32,493 nucleotides of DNA from Bugula neritina. Taxonomy: Eukaryota; Animalia; Bryozoa. The stretch's first letter is position 1, and each line of letters starts with the position of its first letter. Of the stretch, positions 11,372 through 23,540 are shown in pieces. Location: the NCBI GenBank assembly GCA_964035545.1, contig CAXIUT010000032.1, forward strand, positions 1 to 32,493. Direction: 5' to 3'. Below the pieces are notes generated by a model. It was not told the DNA's origin, did no database searches, and saw nothing but the letters and a program-made list of their open reading frames with translations. The position numbers and the translations under genes were made by a program.

Positions 11372-12586
11372 TCACTATATAACAATCAATGATTTAGAGT
11401 CTGTAGAACAACAGCCCATATTTAAGATAGATTTTTATCCTTTTTGACTTAGACTTAGTAAATAATTAGAAACAACTAGCTATAAAGGTTATTCAGCACT
11501 CATTTAAATATTTTTACTCAATTCTACTAAAGTACCGTACTTTGAATTTAGAGATTTTATCAATAACCTTCTAGAACTATAGTGGATGATGCAATGAGAA
11601 CGACTTATAGTAGTATCTGCCAGACTAAGATCATTTTATTGTCCTCTTCCTACCATCAATTCCAATCCTTCTTCAAGTCTAATCAAAATTTAAAAAACCT
11701 TATTTTCAGAATAGTGTTCGAACTTTGCATAGGGAGGGTGTATTTGTTCATCTTGAAAAAGAGAGTATTTTCTTCCTTCATAAATTACTTCATTGCTGAT
11801 AGAGTATTTACATATTTAGCACTGAAATGGTTCATAGCAATAGTACATACAGTGAGGCGCCTAAAACCGAACAGTTTTGCTTCTAAACCAATCTTTAAGA
11901 CACTCAAAGTGCACATACTTCATTGATCCTGCACATAAACATACATTAAAAAGAGGATTTTCTACACTAAAACGAGACTCGAAACAAAAACGACAACTTT
12001 TTTAGGTAGTAGATACTTGACTAGCCACACTATGTTCCATCAAATACTCAGAATGCTTCAAACTAAAACTATCTCTCATCTTATTCAACTGGTACTTATT
12101 AAAATATCCACTGTTCTTCAGAGGAGAGTCCAGTTGAGATATCCTGTGTCCTCTGGAATCTCTATTGTGATTGTTTCTTGTAACAAATCTAGTTAGCTTT
12201 TGAGAGTTTATAAAAGCTATTTCCTTCAAGTATAGTTATACTCGTCCTAATTTGATCCGATCTCCTTCCTATAGCTCATATTCATAATTTTCAGGAATAA
12301 CTCTCCAGATGGGGAATCTTCCTTCTCTTTGGGAGCGACTTAAAATCATTTCTGAAGAGACAGAAGAAACCTGTTTAAGAGTGAAAAGTTAATTTCGAGG
12401 ATCTTGAAGTAAAGAGTGTTGGATATCATTTTGTTTTTAGTAATGATGTATGTAGGAGGGGAAAGATATTTTAGTACTGATGAGAGATTGTTTGTCTTTG
12501 GTGAAGTCGAATAATTATTTATCCAGGTTTGAGTTTCTGTTGATGTTGATCCAAACCTAACTCTAATTATTTTGGATTGCTCCCAT
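11372..12586 (-). CDS. RINGv (C4HC3, MARCH-type) zinc finger plus FHA domain protein, 404 aa
   Basis: CRFCFE..NPLFNVCLCAGSMKYVHFECLKDWF..CEICK; FHA motifs VGRG..ND..ISRSHC..NSKYGTLV; N-terminal GDRIKLGRV; starts MG (possible myristoylation). Confidence 0.88.
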
Positions 12587-12740
12587 TATAATCTTACCAA
12601 ATTTTGAATAACAAAACGTTAAATGCTTTCTCCTCACAGCTTATTCTTTAAAATTAAATATTTATAAAATAATGTTCTTCCCTATTGCTTGATCGAATCA
12701 AAATATATTCTTTTACTTCTTATCTGTTTTAATTGTATCT

Positions 12741-12812
12741 CCCAACCCCAACCCCAACCCCAACCCCAACCCCCAACCCCAACCCCAACCCCAACCCCAA
12801 CCCCAACCCCAA
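12741..12812 (+). repeat. Internal telomeric tract (CCCCAA)n
   Basis: Directly visible; one C5A2 variant. Confidence 0.97.
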
Positions 12813-13520
12813 TAGTCAATGATCTTATATTCAATAGTCAATGATCTTATATTCAATAGTCAATGTTATTATATTCAATAGTCAATGATCTTATATTCAA
12901 TAGTCAATGATCTTATATTCAATAGTCAATGATCTTATATTCAATAGTCAATGATCTTATATTCAATAGTCAATGATCTTATATTCAATAGTCAATGTTA
13001 TTATATTCAATAGTCAATGATCTTATATTCAATAGTCAATGATCTTATATTCAATAGTCAATGATCTTATATTCAATAGTCAATGATCTTATATTCAATA
13101 GTCAATGTTATTATATTCAATAGTCAATGTTATTATATTCAATAGTCAATGATCTTATATTCAATAGTCAATGATCTTATATTCAATAGTCAATGTTATT
13201 ATATTCAATAGTCAATGATCTTATATTCAATAGTCAATGATCTTATATTCAATAGTCAATGATCTTATATTCAATAGTCAATGATCTTATATTCAATAGT
13301 CAATGTTATTATATTCAATAGTCAATGATCTTATATTCAATAGTCAATGTTATTATATTCAATAGTCAATGATCTTATATTCAATAGTCAATGTTATTAT
13401 ATTCAATAGTCAATGATCTTATATTCAATAGTCAATGATCTTATATTCAATAGTCAATGATCTTATATTCAATAGTCAATGATCTTATATTCAATAGTCA
13501 ATGATCTTATATTCAATAGT
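12811..13520. repeat. 22-bp tandem array, ~32 copies (AATAGTCAATGATCTTATATTC / AATAGTCAATGTTATTATATTC)
   Basis: Two interspersed variants, no spacers, bracketed by telomeric tracts; ~2 further units continue at 13597-13642. Confidence 0.97.
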
Positions 13521-13596
13521 CCCCAACCCCAACCCCAACCCCAACCCCAACCCCAACCCCAACCCCAACCCCAACCCCAACCCCAACCCCAACCCC
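13521..13596 (+). repeat. Internal telomeric tract (CCCCAA)n embedded in the 22-bp array
   Basis: 22-mer units lie on both sides of the tract. Confidence 0.97.
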
Positions 13597-13679
13597 ATAT
13601 TCAATAGTCAATGATCTTATATTCAATAGTCAATGATACTATTTGATATTATTAAATAAGTATGTCATATTTAGTTGAA

Positions 13680-16393
13680 TCAATTAAAGAGCTCATCGTT
13701 TACTACTTTACTATGACTTTTCACCAGAGACATATCATTCAGTTGAGCATTACTTTCCTCTAAAGTAGAAATCTTCTTCTGCTTAACGTTGAATAACTTT
13801 GACAGCTTATCAGAACTAGCTGCTTTCCTCTCACACCAATAGAAAAACAACTCCAACAACAGTTCTGTAGCAACACAAATCACTATAAATACTTCAGGGA
13901 CAATGCCAAAGAAACCACTAGAAGAACCTTTGATTAGGGCAGACAGTATTTATGAAGGATCATTAACAGCTGATGGAGCAAAAAGAGCAAATACTCCAAT
14001 ACGACAAATAAGAATGAGCAATATATACGGGATAATCCTGAATATTATAGAAGGGATGCTAAGACAATATTTTTGATCCAACTTAGGACCCCAAGAATAA
14101 TAGCAAGCGCTCAAAAGAACAAGAATAGAAAAGATTCCAAGAGTCGAAAAGACTTGACTTAGATATCCATTTGTATTAGAAAGGAAAAGATATAAAGAAC
14201 TATCGAAGAAAGGTTCAATGCCTGTATAAGATTGAATGCTAAAACAAGGAGTTCCGCTAGCAAAGTAGAAGAACTGGTAAATGAAGAAATGAGCAAATAG
14301 AAGGGCAGCGAGTGACAACTAATGAAAAGAATAAACTATAAGAAACTTACCAATTGCCTTGGAGGGGCGATTACTTATTCCTCCTTTCCATATAGAAATA
14401 GCCTTAGTAACACAAATAAGAATGATAGTCAGCCAACCTGTGAGGAGCAAAGCCAGAAAAGAAGGTGATTGCACATAGGTCAATAAAGAGTAGGAAGGAT
14501 TATAAACTGGATCAAATTGGTTATTAATACAGTTATAGACGTTTTGTACATCAGAGAAGGAAATATCGTTGAGCAAGAAAAAGTTTGGTTGGTTAGTGAT
14601 GATTACAGTAGTTGAGAGAGTATTTCCACTACTATCTACCAAATTAAGACTTGTAGTTCCATAGTAACTGCGAACCAAAAGCACTCCAATTGAATTTCCC
14701 AAAAACTATCGGAAAAATACAAAAATGTACAACACCATAATCACCACAATCTTTACTATCAACTTGATTCTCTTCAATCTTAAAGACAATTCAACCGGAA
14801 TCGGAGAAATATACTTCTCCTCTTCTTACACAATCTTCTATTCCTAAATAATCCTTCCCTTTTCTGATACATTAATCACTTCCTCCTCTTCTCGAATCTA
14901 CTCATAATTATGAACTTTACGCGAAACTATTTAAGATTTTTGAGAAGGAGCTTCTTTACTGGTTCCCAATCTTATGATCTCCTTTTCTTGAGACTCTTCT
15001 ACCTCTTCCAGAACTAGCCCACTTTCAAGATCTTTTATATTAATTTCATGCCAGTCAGGACGATGCCCAGGAGTAATGCTGAGACACCTCATTATGAGTT
15101 CAAACATGCCAATAGAGAAGAAGTTTTTGTTGAGAATAGGTCTGCGAGAAGGATCAAAAGCAGGCAATTCTCGAGTTATCACTTTGTGGAGTACAAAACC
15201 AAAAGACCAGATATCCATCTTTTGGAAGTCCAGTTTAAATAAATTTTCAGGTAAGATAATGTTTTCTTTCATTTAAGGAGCATAGTAGTCGAAAGTAGTT
15301 TTCAACTCTCTCAACTTCTTCTCTATTTTATCAGTTACTAAAAGAGGTTCTCCTAGTACAATTCTATTGTTATGAACATAAAGTATTCTACTATGTATAG
15401 ATCCATGAGCTTGAATACTCTCCTCGCTTAAACTTTTCATCGTATTGGCAAAGCTGTCTAGCATAGGAATAGCAGTCTTTTCAGTCAAAGTTTTACCAAG
15501 CAAATGTCTTCTGCTCAGATATTAGGAGAGAGTTCCTTGGTTTAATAATTCGATAAATATCTTGATTCCTTTGTTTTCCTTGACAAATTTAAATATTTCA
15601 GCTGTATTAGCAAGTTTATCTTAGTTATTCCTGTAATAATCTATTTTTTTGGTGTAATCTTGATAAAATTCTTATTAATATCCATCTTTTGTCAAGTCAA
15701 TCCACTTGAATTTAACAAGTCCGAACTTATTGAACCAAGCTAAACTGTAGTCATCACCAAAAGGTCCCTCTTCCTTACGCTTTCCCTTAAATATCCAAAA
15801 TTAATTATCTTTCTGCACATCTTTCTCCTTCTTAGGATTGGTCCACCCATAGTTTGCAATCAAATTTGATACGCTTTCTCTATCTCTTATTCCTCTACAA
15901 ACCTGATAAGCTTCTTTAGAAACAAAGTGATCATCTTATTCAAGGAGAGAAGCTGGAATACCTAGAAGATCAATAGCTATTTCGAAGACAGAGGGTGAAC
16001 GGTTCGGTAAAAGTCCTTCCACTTCTGACACACAAATTCCTTGAGGCGATAAAATACAGTAGAGAGGATCTTTTATCTTAGTTTAGAGAATGCACTTAAT
16101 GACATACATAGCCTAAATAATAAACAAGGTACATCTGACTCATTGATTTTTCCTATTTCAGAACAACAGTAGACTAAAGGATAGATACTATAAGGCTCAG
16201 CTAGAGAAGGATGTTCAAGAGGTTGAAGGAGTCCAGGAGTAGGATCGACGAAGGGAGGCTATTTGAGGTGTCTAATAATGATGAGTTTGTTGTCTTTAGT
16301 TTCTGTATTCATGCAATTGTAAGTCTGCACGTTATCTGATTCGAAGATGGAGTTATCAGGATTGAAGATGTACTTCTTTCTGAAGACCTGCAT
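13680..16393 (-). CDS. Pseudokinase fused to a ~6-TM membrane domain, ~897 aa; intron 16113-16132
   Basis: Five track ORFs share one frame and are joined by TAR=Glu. Kinase C-lobe motifs YYAPE, MDIWSFG and RCL...RPDW are present but HRD/DFG are replaced (HGSIHSRIL, LGEP). Several long hydrophobic stretches lie at 13850-14760. Confidence 0.8.
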
Positions 16394-16467
16394 GATAACT
16401 AATTATTTTTATCATCTATCATCCATCAAATCATTACCCATCAAAAGTCATGAGATAATCAAATAAG

Positions 16468-17472
16468 ATGGAAATAGAAGCTGGTCTTCAACCGAAGCCT
16501 GCCTGTAAAGCTGATAGAGCCTTCTTCTAAGCATTTAATGCTCGTGCTTCTTCAGCTAAGTTTGGAGTTTTGCTTTAGTTCCTCAAAGGCACTGCTTTCG
16601 CCATCCTCATCCCTGTGAACCTTCTTACTTTAGATCTAGAATATGGAACCATCATAATAAGTTTCATTCTCAACTTGGCGGCATCTATGGTAGGCTTGTT
16701 TCACTTCCTGTTGCTATCAGTAGTTGTTTTCAGAAATGTCGATACTTTTCTTAGTTTAGCAGAAGAAGCAAGACATACTGTATAAAAAGAACCTATTCTT
16801 CATCGTAATAGCATCGAAGAGTGTGTGAGTTAGTTTATTTATATAGCATAGAATTAAATCAGAGTGGACGACCTCAACTAAGAAGGAATAAAACTCAATC
16901 TTAAAATCACTAAAGGAACTTTAAATAACACAGTTAGAGGCCACTTTATGTGGGTGAAAAATCTATAAAATATCTACTCACTCTTATCATTTGCATCCAT
17001 GATCTACTCTATCATCGTTCTAGCTCAAAATCAGATAGCAGCTCTAAATATCACCATCCTTTCTATCTATATCGCTATAGTTGCGATCACACAGCTTCCT
17101 CTTGTAGTTGTTTGTCTCCTTCTAGCCATATCTCCCTTTATATGCCTTGGGCTCATCTTTTTTTGCTGTTGCTGTTCATAGCAATCCTCAGCTGCTCAGT
17201 ATATGGATGTGCCTTCGAGAGAAGCTTCTGCTCAGGATATTGTCAATGCTGGAGGAGATTGTTCAATTTGTTTTATGAGCATTTAGGTTGGAGCTAAAAT
17301 CTATATATTACCTTGTTCTGAGAAGCATGTATTTCACTGTGACTGTTTGAGGCACTGGGCAAAAGTAAAAAATAGTTGTCCTATTTGTAGACAATAAATT
17401 CCTATGACCAATGCAGAAAGATAAAGTCAAAGCCAAAATAATGAAGAAAGACCCATTTAAGTTCCAGTCTGA
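16468..17472 (+). CDS. Transmembrane RING-H2 E3 ubiquitin ligase, 334 aa
   Basis: Hydrophobic segments, a CCCC cluster, then CSICFM..LPCSEKHVFHCDCLRHW..SCPICR. Confidence 0.9.
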
Positions 17473-17649
17473 TAGTATTTACAGATGTGTTTTATCAAAT
17501 CAATACATCCATTATTCACTTCTTTTGATTGAACCTTTATCTTTATCATAAATAAAGGTCTTTTTTCTTCTACTTAAATATTAAAGGGAATGAATGATCT
17601 TTATGTTGGGTTGATTTGAAATTTTGTCAAGATATTTTATATATTAAAT

Positions 17650-19091
17650 ATGATAAAAGAGTCGTAAAAACACTACTTGAGAGCCAAAACAAAAAAAACA
17701 AAGTTTTAACACTATCCAATCAAAGATGAAGTCCTCGATTTACTCCAGGAAAACAACTTCAACAAACCCACCCTTGTACAAGCAGAATCTCTTCCCATCA
17801 CTCTCCAAGACAACCTAAAAAATCTTTGTATTATCATCTACGCCTATAATGGAGCAGGAAAAACTCTCACATATTTCATTCCCATCTTCAACTCTCTAGA
17901 AAATATACCTCCCACTGGACAAAAGTTTGAAAAGAACAAAGATCATGAAGTAGGTAGACCTCAAGCGCTCATAATAGTCCCCACTGAAGCTCTATTAGCT
18001 CAAGTTTACGATTACTTGGTGGCTTTCAGCGATTTTTATGAAATGACTTACAAATGGAGTCTCAAAATTGGCCGCATTTATAGCACTGTATTCGAGAATG
18101 GACATATTATTGTAGGTCTTCCCAAAAAAATGAAATAAAAACTGGCAACTCCTGGCAAATTCGATCTTTCTGAATTGAAATGGGTTGTTTTTGACTAGTG
18201 TGACATGCTCAAAGAAGACGCTCTCAGTTAATTCACGGAAATGCTTCGATTATTGGCCGATCCTCGCCACAACAACTCCAATGCAAATGTAGAGCTATCT
18301 TAACTTAGTGTCTTATCACGTCAGCAACAGGCAATAAAGATAACTTTAGAACTTTTATTCAAAATTAACTGATCAGTCACAATATTGTTGAGCTGGATGC
18401 CTATTAAGAGAATAAAGGACTTTTAGGAGTTTCTCATTTCTATTCAAAGAACAAAGACAACAAAGATGAAGTAATATTCAACATTCTCCAAAAAGTAGCA
18501 GAAATATAGATCAAACCTCAAGTTATAATTTTTTTTAACACCATCCCAGAACTAAGATCTTTCTACAAGTTACTAAAAAAATAAAAGAATAAATTCGTAA
18601 TGAATGACCCTCAGGCTTCTGACCTAGGAAAAAATAATCTTAAAGTAGACTATATCCATCGAGATTGCACCTCTATTTGCATAAAAAGCAGAGACCACTA
18701 TCACCCAGACGACTGCTCTGCATCCAAAACAGCCAGAGTCACAAAACTTAAAAACAAATAAATACAAATTCTACTCGGAACAGAAATCATTGGAAGAGGT
18801 ATTGACATTCGAACAGTCACACTTGTTATCAACTACAATGAACCCATGAAAAATAAAGAACTGAGCTCTACTTCATATATTCACCGAGTGGGAAGGACAG
18901 GTAGGTATAGTGACCAAGGAATAGCTTTGACTTTTGTGGAAGACACCATATTTGTAAAGCTAACTGAAGAAGAAAAGAAGATAAAGTTCTAGGAAATGAG
19001 TAGTGTATAGGAAATAGTTAAGTTAACAGTAGAATGTTCTCATAAAAACGATAAGATCAGTGAAGATAGGTATAAGGAAGAAGAAGATTGA
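17650..19091 (+). CDS. DEAD-box RNA helicase, divergent Dbp5/DDX19-like, ~473 aa; intron 18289-18308
   Basis: Q motif (FNKPTLVQ), NGAGKT, DECD (E=TAG), SAT after a 20-nt intron, GRGID, YIHRVGRTGR. Subfamily is inferred. Confidence 0.88.
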
Positions 19092-19299
19092 TAATTATCG
19101 AGTTTATCTATTCAAATAAAAATAATATTAATATTGATTCTAAGTATTTAAAGGACTATCAGCTAGAGTTAAAATTCAAAGAGTTATGACGAACTAGTAG
19201 CTTATTTATTTATTGTATTTTTAAATGAGATAGATTTCAGTTATATTTTGATTCTATTAAATTCTTTAATAGCTCCATTTAATTTGATTTGAATCAAAC

Positions 19300-21317
19300 A
19301 TGGAAAAATCATTAATAACAAACATGAATTCTGATGATATTCTTCAATAGTCTCCTCTCCTCAATCAATAAGCCACTTAACAATCCTCAAAACCTGTCTA
19401 ACACCCCAACCAGCCTGAAATCAATATTAACTAGCCAGAAAATAAATCCTACTATTTTGAAACCTAAACCAAAAGACTAAAAGCTCACTATCTTAACAAT
19501 AAAAAAGATCTAATTGGAAGATAAGTGCTATTCAACAACAGTTGTGGAATAGTAAGATACTTTGGTCCCTTACTTCATCCTGGAAAACCTTCAAGCAGTT
19601 AAAATTAACTATGGATAGGAATTTAGTGGAATTAGGAAGGCAGAGGAAAGCATAACGGCACAGTTAGCTAATATGAATACTTTAGATGTAAAGAAAAGCA
19701 AGGTTCAATGATAAAATACTAAAAGATAGAGTTTGGATATCGACTTTAAATAGCTCTATTCAAACGATACTTTAAAGCAGAAGAACTACATCATGCCAAA
19801 AATATTTATGACAACCTCAAAATTATCAAAGAATAACTCAAAAACTAGTCACCAACAGAACAAAACAACAAAATGTAATAAGCTATCAATAAAAAAATAC
19901 ATACTATTTAATACGATGCAGAAGCATACTTTGATACAGTCAAAAAAACCAAAAAAATATTAATCTAGTTTGTAGGATTTGATTAAATCTGGAGTAAAAT
20001 CAATAACCTAGATAAAATACAAAGTATCTCTCTTGCTGGCTGTAGAATATGTGATCTAGGACCTCTAGGACACCTTTCTGCTCTCCTCAAAAGCCTCAGA
20101 ATATTATCTCTTTAAGATAATCTTATTTCTGACTGGAATCAAGTCTACCAACTCGGCTATGATCTACCACAGCTAACTGAACTCTCCATTTCTGATAATC
20201 AACTACAACTACCTCATGAAAACTTCTAAGATCTTAAAATAGTCTCTGTTACAGGCAGAAATGAGTCTTTTTCGTTGAAAGATGTTAGTCTTTTCAAAAA
20301 CTTGAGAGGGCTCATTCTTATAAACACTAAACTCACCTGGAAGATGTTTTTCAAAGTCCTAGCTGCCTTCCAAACAGTTCAATAGTTTATTTTATGCAAA
20401 AATGACCTCTCAGATGTAACTAACATCGACAAAACAAAAATATCTCTACTGAAAGAGACAAGAAGTTTGAATTTATAAGAAACAAACCTTTCTAACTTCT
20501 AAGATATAAAAAATTTTAGTTAGCTTCCTCATCTCTAGAGAGTAATTCTCAACAAAAATCAATTAAAAGGTCTAGATAGAAATATCAAAGGTTTTTCGGC
20601 TCTTAAACATATTTCAGTCGAATACTGTTCTTTTTTACATCCAATAGTTCTTTATGAACTATCTCTATTCAAGAAATTAGAATCTTTAAATGTGAAGCAC
20701 AACCCAATGGGAGATAAATATGGCAATTCTTATGTGCGAATGAGAGCAGTAGCTGAAATATCAAATCTCATTCAAATAAATCGTGCTCAATTGAAAAAAT
20801 CTTAAAGAAAAGATTTTTAAATCTTTTATATGCGGTAGTCTTTTAGATAATATTTTGCTTTCAAAAAAGTACCAGATTATGACTATGACTTCGATGATTT
20901 TACCAAGTACTGTTAAGAATATCATCCTAATGTTGCTAAACTCATTAAAAAGTATGGAAATCCATATGAAGTGGAAAGTAATTATTTATGTATTTAGAAA
21001 AACAAGAGATTCAAGCCCTGATCAAAGAAGAAGTTAAAGTTACTGAGAACAAAAAAGGAACAGGAATGGTATAAATAATAATATAATATCTGTATACAGG
21101 TTTAAAAGACTTTAAGAAAGTTCCTTTGAGCTGGACAGTAAGCAGTCTAAAGAACTTCTTTTCTAAAACAAGCAAGATACCAATATAAAACCTAAAATTG
21201 GTCTGTATTGCATAAGAAAAAGCAAGTCCAGAAGAAATGACATAAAATCACAAAACCCTGAGCTTCTATAACTTGATGCCAGGAAGCAGAATCACAATCG
21301 ATATGATAAAACCTTGA
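19300..21317 (+). CDS. TBCE: Tubulin-folding cofactor E (CAP-Gly, LRRs, ubiquitin-like), ~665 aa; intron 20978-20997
   Basis: VRYFG..LWIGIEWNEEGRGKHNG..YFRC CAP-Gly; LRRs (LSLEDNLISDW, LSISDNQL); C-terminal UBL (KKVPLSWTVSSLK..KTLSFYNL). Confidence 0.92.
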
Positions 21318-21411
21318 TATCATCTATAACTCAACTTGAAAAATATCCCTATGAACACTTTTTATCAAACATTATCCTGCTATGTAATAAACAATCAAAT
21401 AAAATTATCAA

Positions 21412-22002
21412 ATGAGCAATGTGAATGGTAAATATCTCGTTATGAAGGTAGTAAACCCAAGAAGTTTATCACAAGAACGATCCTCACCAATCCATCTCTG
21501 TACATCTCTCTAATTCAGCTATTCAGTTTCAATTACTTCTCTCCTAGATCCAGAAAACCCATCCCTCTCCAAAGTTTACAATGCTCTTGAATAAAAACAA
21601 AAAGTGGTTTCTCTTAACCAATCCCAAGTCTCTCCCAAACCCCCCAAACCCTTACCTCTTAGCAATATCTATAATCCAAGATCACAAATAGATAGTTTGC
21701 TTCTTGCTGAAAAATAGTTCGATAAATACAAAGCAATTAGAAGAGATCATTAGCAAGCAAACAAATAGACCAAACCAATGGTAGTAGAGAGTGGATTAAA
21801 AAGAGGTAATAGTTTGCCTTCTTTGTCCAATTTTCACTACACAAAGACTAATGGTATATTTTAAATAACAAAGAAATAAAAGTAAAACAATCGAAACCAT
21901 TTAACATCATCAGTAATCATTGATAAATATCCCTATCATCAAAATAATATATCAATTTTTCATAATCCTTAATCAAAAGACAAATCTATCAAAAATATTT
22001 GA
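21412..22002 (+). CDS. Hypothetical protein, 196 aa
   Basis: ATG-TGA frame filling the gap between TBCE and a minisatellite; no recognised domain. Confidence 0.6.
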
Positions 22003-22047
22003 TGCCAAACATATTTAAAGGATTGACCATAGAACTTTTAATACTAT

Positions 22048-22208
22048 GATAACTAAGTAGAACAATCAAGTATGTATGGTAATTAAGTAGAACTATCAAG
22101 TACGATAAATAAGTAGAACTATCAAGTATGACAAATAAGTAGAACTATCAAATATGACAAATAAGTAGAACTATCAAGTATGATAAATAAGTAGTCAATC
22201 AAGTATGT
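22048..22208. repeat. ~26-bp degenerate minisatellite, ~6 units (AAGTAGAACTATCAAGTATGAYAAAT)
   Basis: Period 26 (22111, 22137, ...); lies between convergent gene ends. Confidence 0.92.
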
Positions 22209-22211
22209 AGA

Positions 22212-23000
22212 TCAGATAATGTTAAACTTAAGACTCTGGTTAGTAAATTTTTATGCAAATAGCCACTTGCAGAAATGAAAGATGATTTTGCATGGGACAG
22301 TAGGATGTCTTAAGTAGAAGTGTCCTTACTCCATTTTTTGAAAACATTCTCCAAACAAGTTATTCATCATCAAAGGCATACCAGCAGCAGGACTGTTACG
22401 GGTAAACTTTTCACTCTTCTACAAACTATTCAACCCATTTCGCATATTTATCACAAACTCCTGTAAAAACCTTTTTCCATTTTGACTGAGATCATTTTCA
22501 ACTTCCAACAAAAACTTCCCAAATACATTGTCAATTATAGTCCCATACGTATCATTTATGGGACATTAGTCTTCCTTGCGATGTTTTTCCCAGTAATCCT
22601 TACTACTTTTGAGGTAGTGTTGGTCTTCCTTACTTAAATCTTTCAATTTTTTTTATGTTTACTTGTCTTTGTGTGTAAAGGGAAACAACTTTACCAAATA
22701 CTTTTTTAGTACATCCAGATTTCCTTTTATATCTTCTGAAGGCTAGCCTTACTCTTCTTCTTCTTTCACATCTTCAGAGATTTCTTACCTTGAACAAGGT
22801 TTGTTGAACTCTGCTTTTCCATTGTGTTTCGTTTTGATATGAGTGTAGAGGGCAGGATAACTGAGATACGACTTTCCACAAGAACATGAAAAGTTTCTCC
22901 CTTCATCATCACTTCTCGGTCTTCTCTTCCTTTGCTTTTCATCAGCATTCTCCTAGCTATTAACCTTGTCATACTTACCCACAAGAATATTTTCGCTCAT
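22212..23000 (-). CDS. Ciliate-type single C2H2 zinc-finger protein, 262 aa
   Basis: Basic KQRKRRPR, then FSCSCGKSYLSYPALYTHIKTKH; C-terminal FHFCKWLF..KFT. Confidence 0.85.
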
Positions 23001-23540
23001 AAATTAATAAATACCACCATTCAAATATTTAAAACAATCTTATCAATATCATAACAAAAGAATGTTTCCACATTTAACCTGAATTAAGTTTATTCGACCA
23101 CTTCTATCTCAACTAAACTCCAATCATTTTAAATCATATTTTAAAGATTAAATTTAATAATCAGCTTGTCTTTAAGGAGTTAAATAACTATCAGAAATGC
23201 TCAGAATAAAGTCTAGGCTATCATTGAAACTAAAGCATCTATTTACTTTCATCAACTATTTTCTACAACCCGTCATCAAAATGATCTCAAACAAGAAAGT
23301 TAACATCTGAAAACCTTATTTCATAAAAAACTCTCTCCTTTGTTTACCTTTGGATATTCCTAAATATCAATAAACCTTCTGCTTTAATATCTTTTAATAT
23401 CATCTCCTTTCCATAATAATTTCCTCTAAGTTTGTCCTTGTTCTGACTATCATTTAGTTATAAACCAGTCTTTACTGGATATTGATAGGCTACTAATTAT
23501 ATAGAACCTAATCGAATTCATAATAAATCAATACATTCCC

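Noticed and set aside
12811-13520. CRISPR-like array
   Set aside because: Units are contiguous with no unique spacers, the context is eukaryotic and there are no cas genes. The same applies to the 65-bp array at 26848.
16825-16846. GTGAGT...ATAG 22-nt intron-like segment in the RING-H2 gene
   Set aside because: The frame is open without splicing, and removing it would shift the RING domain out of frame.
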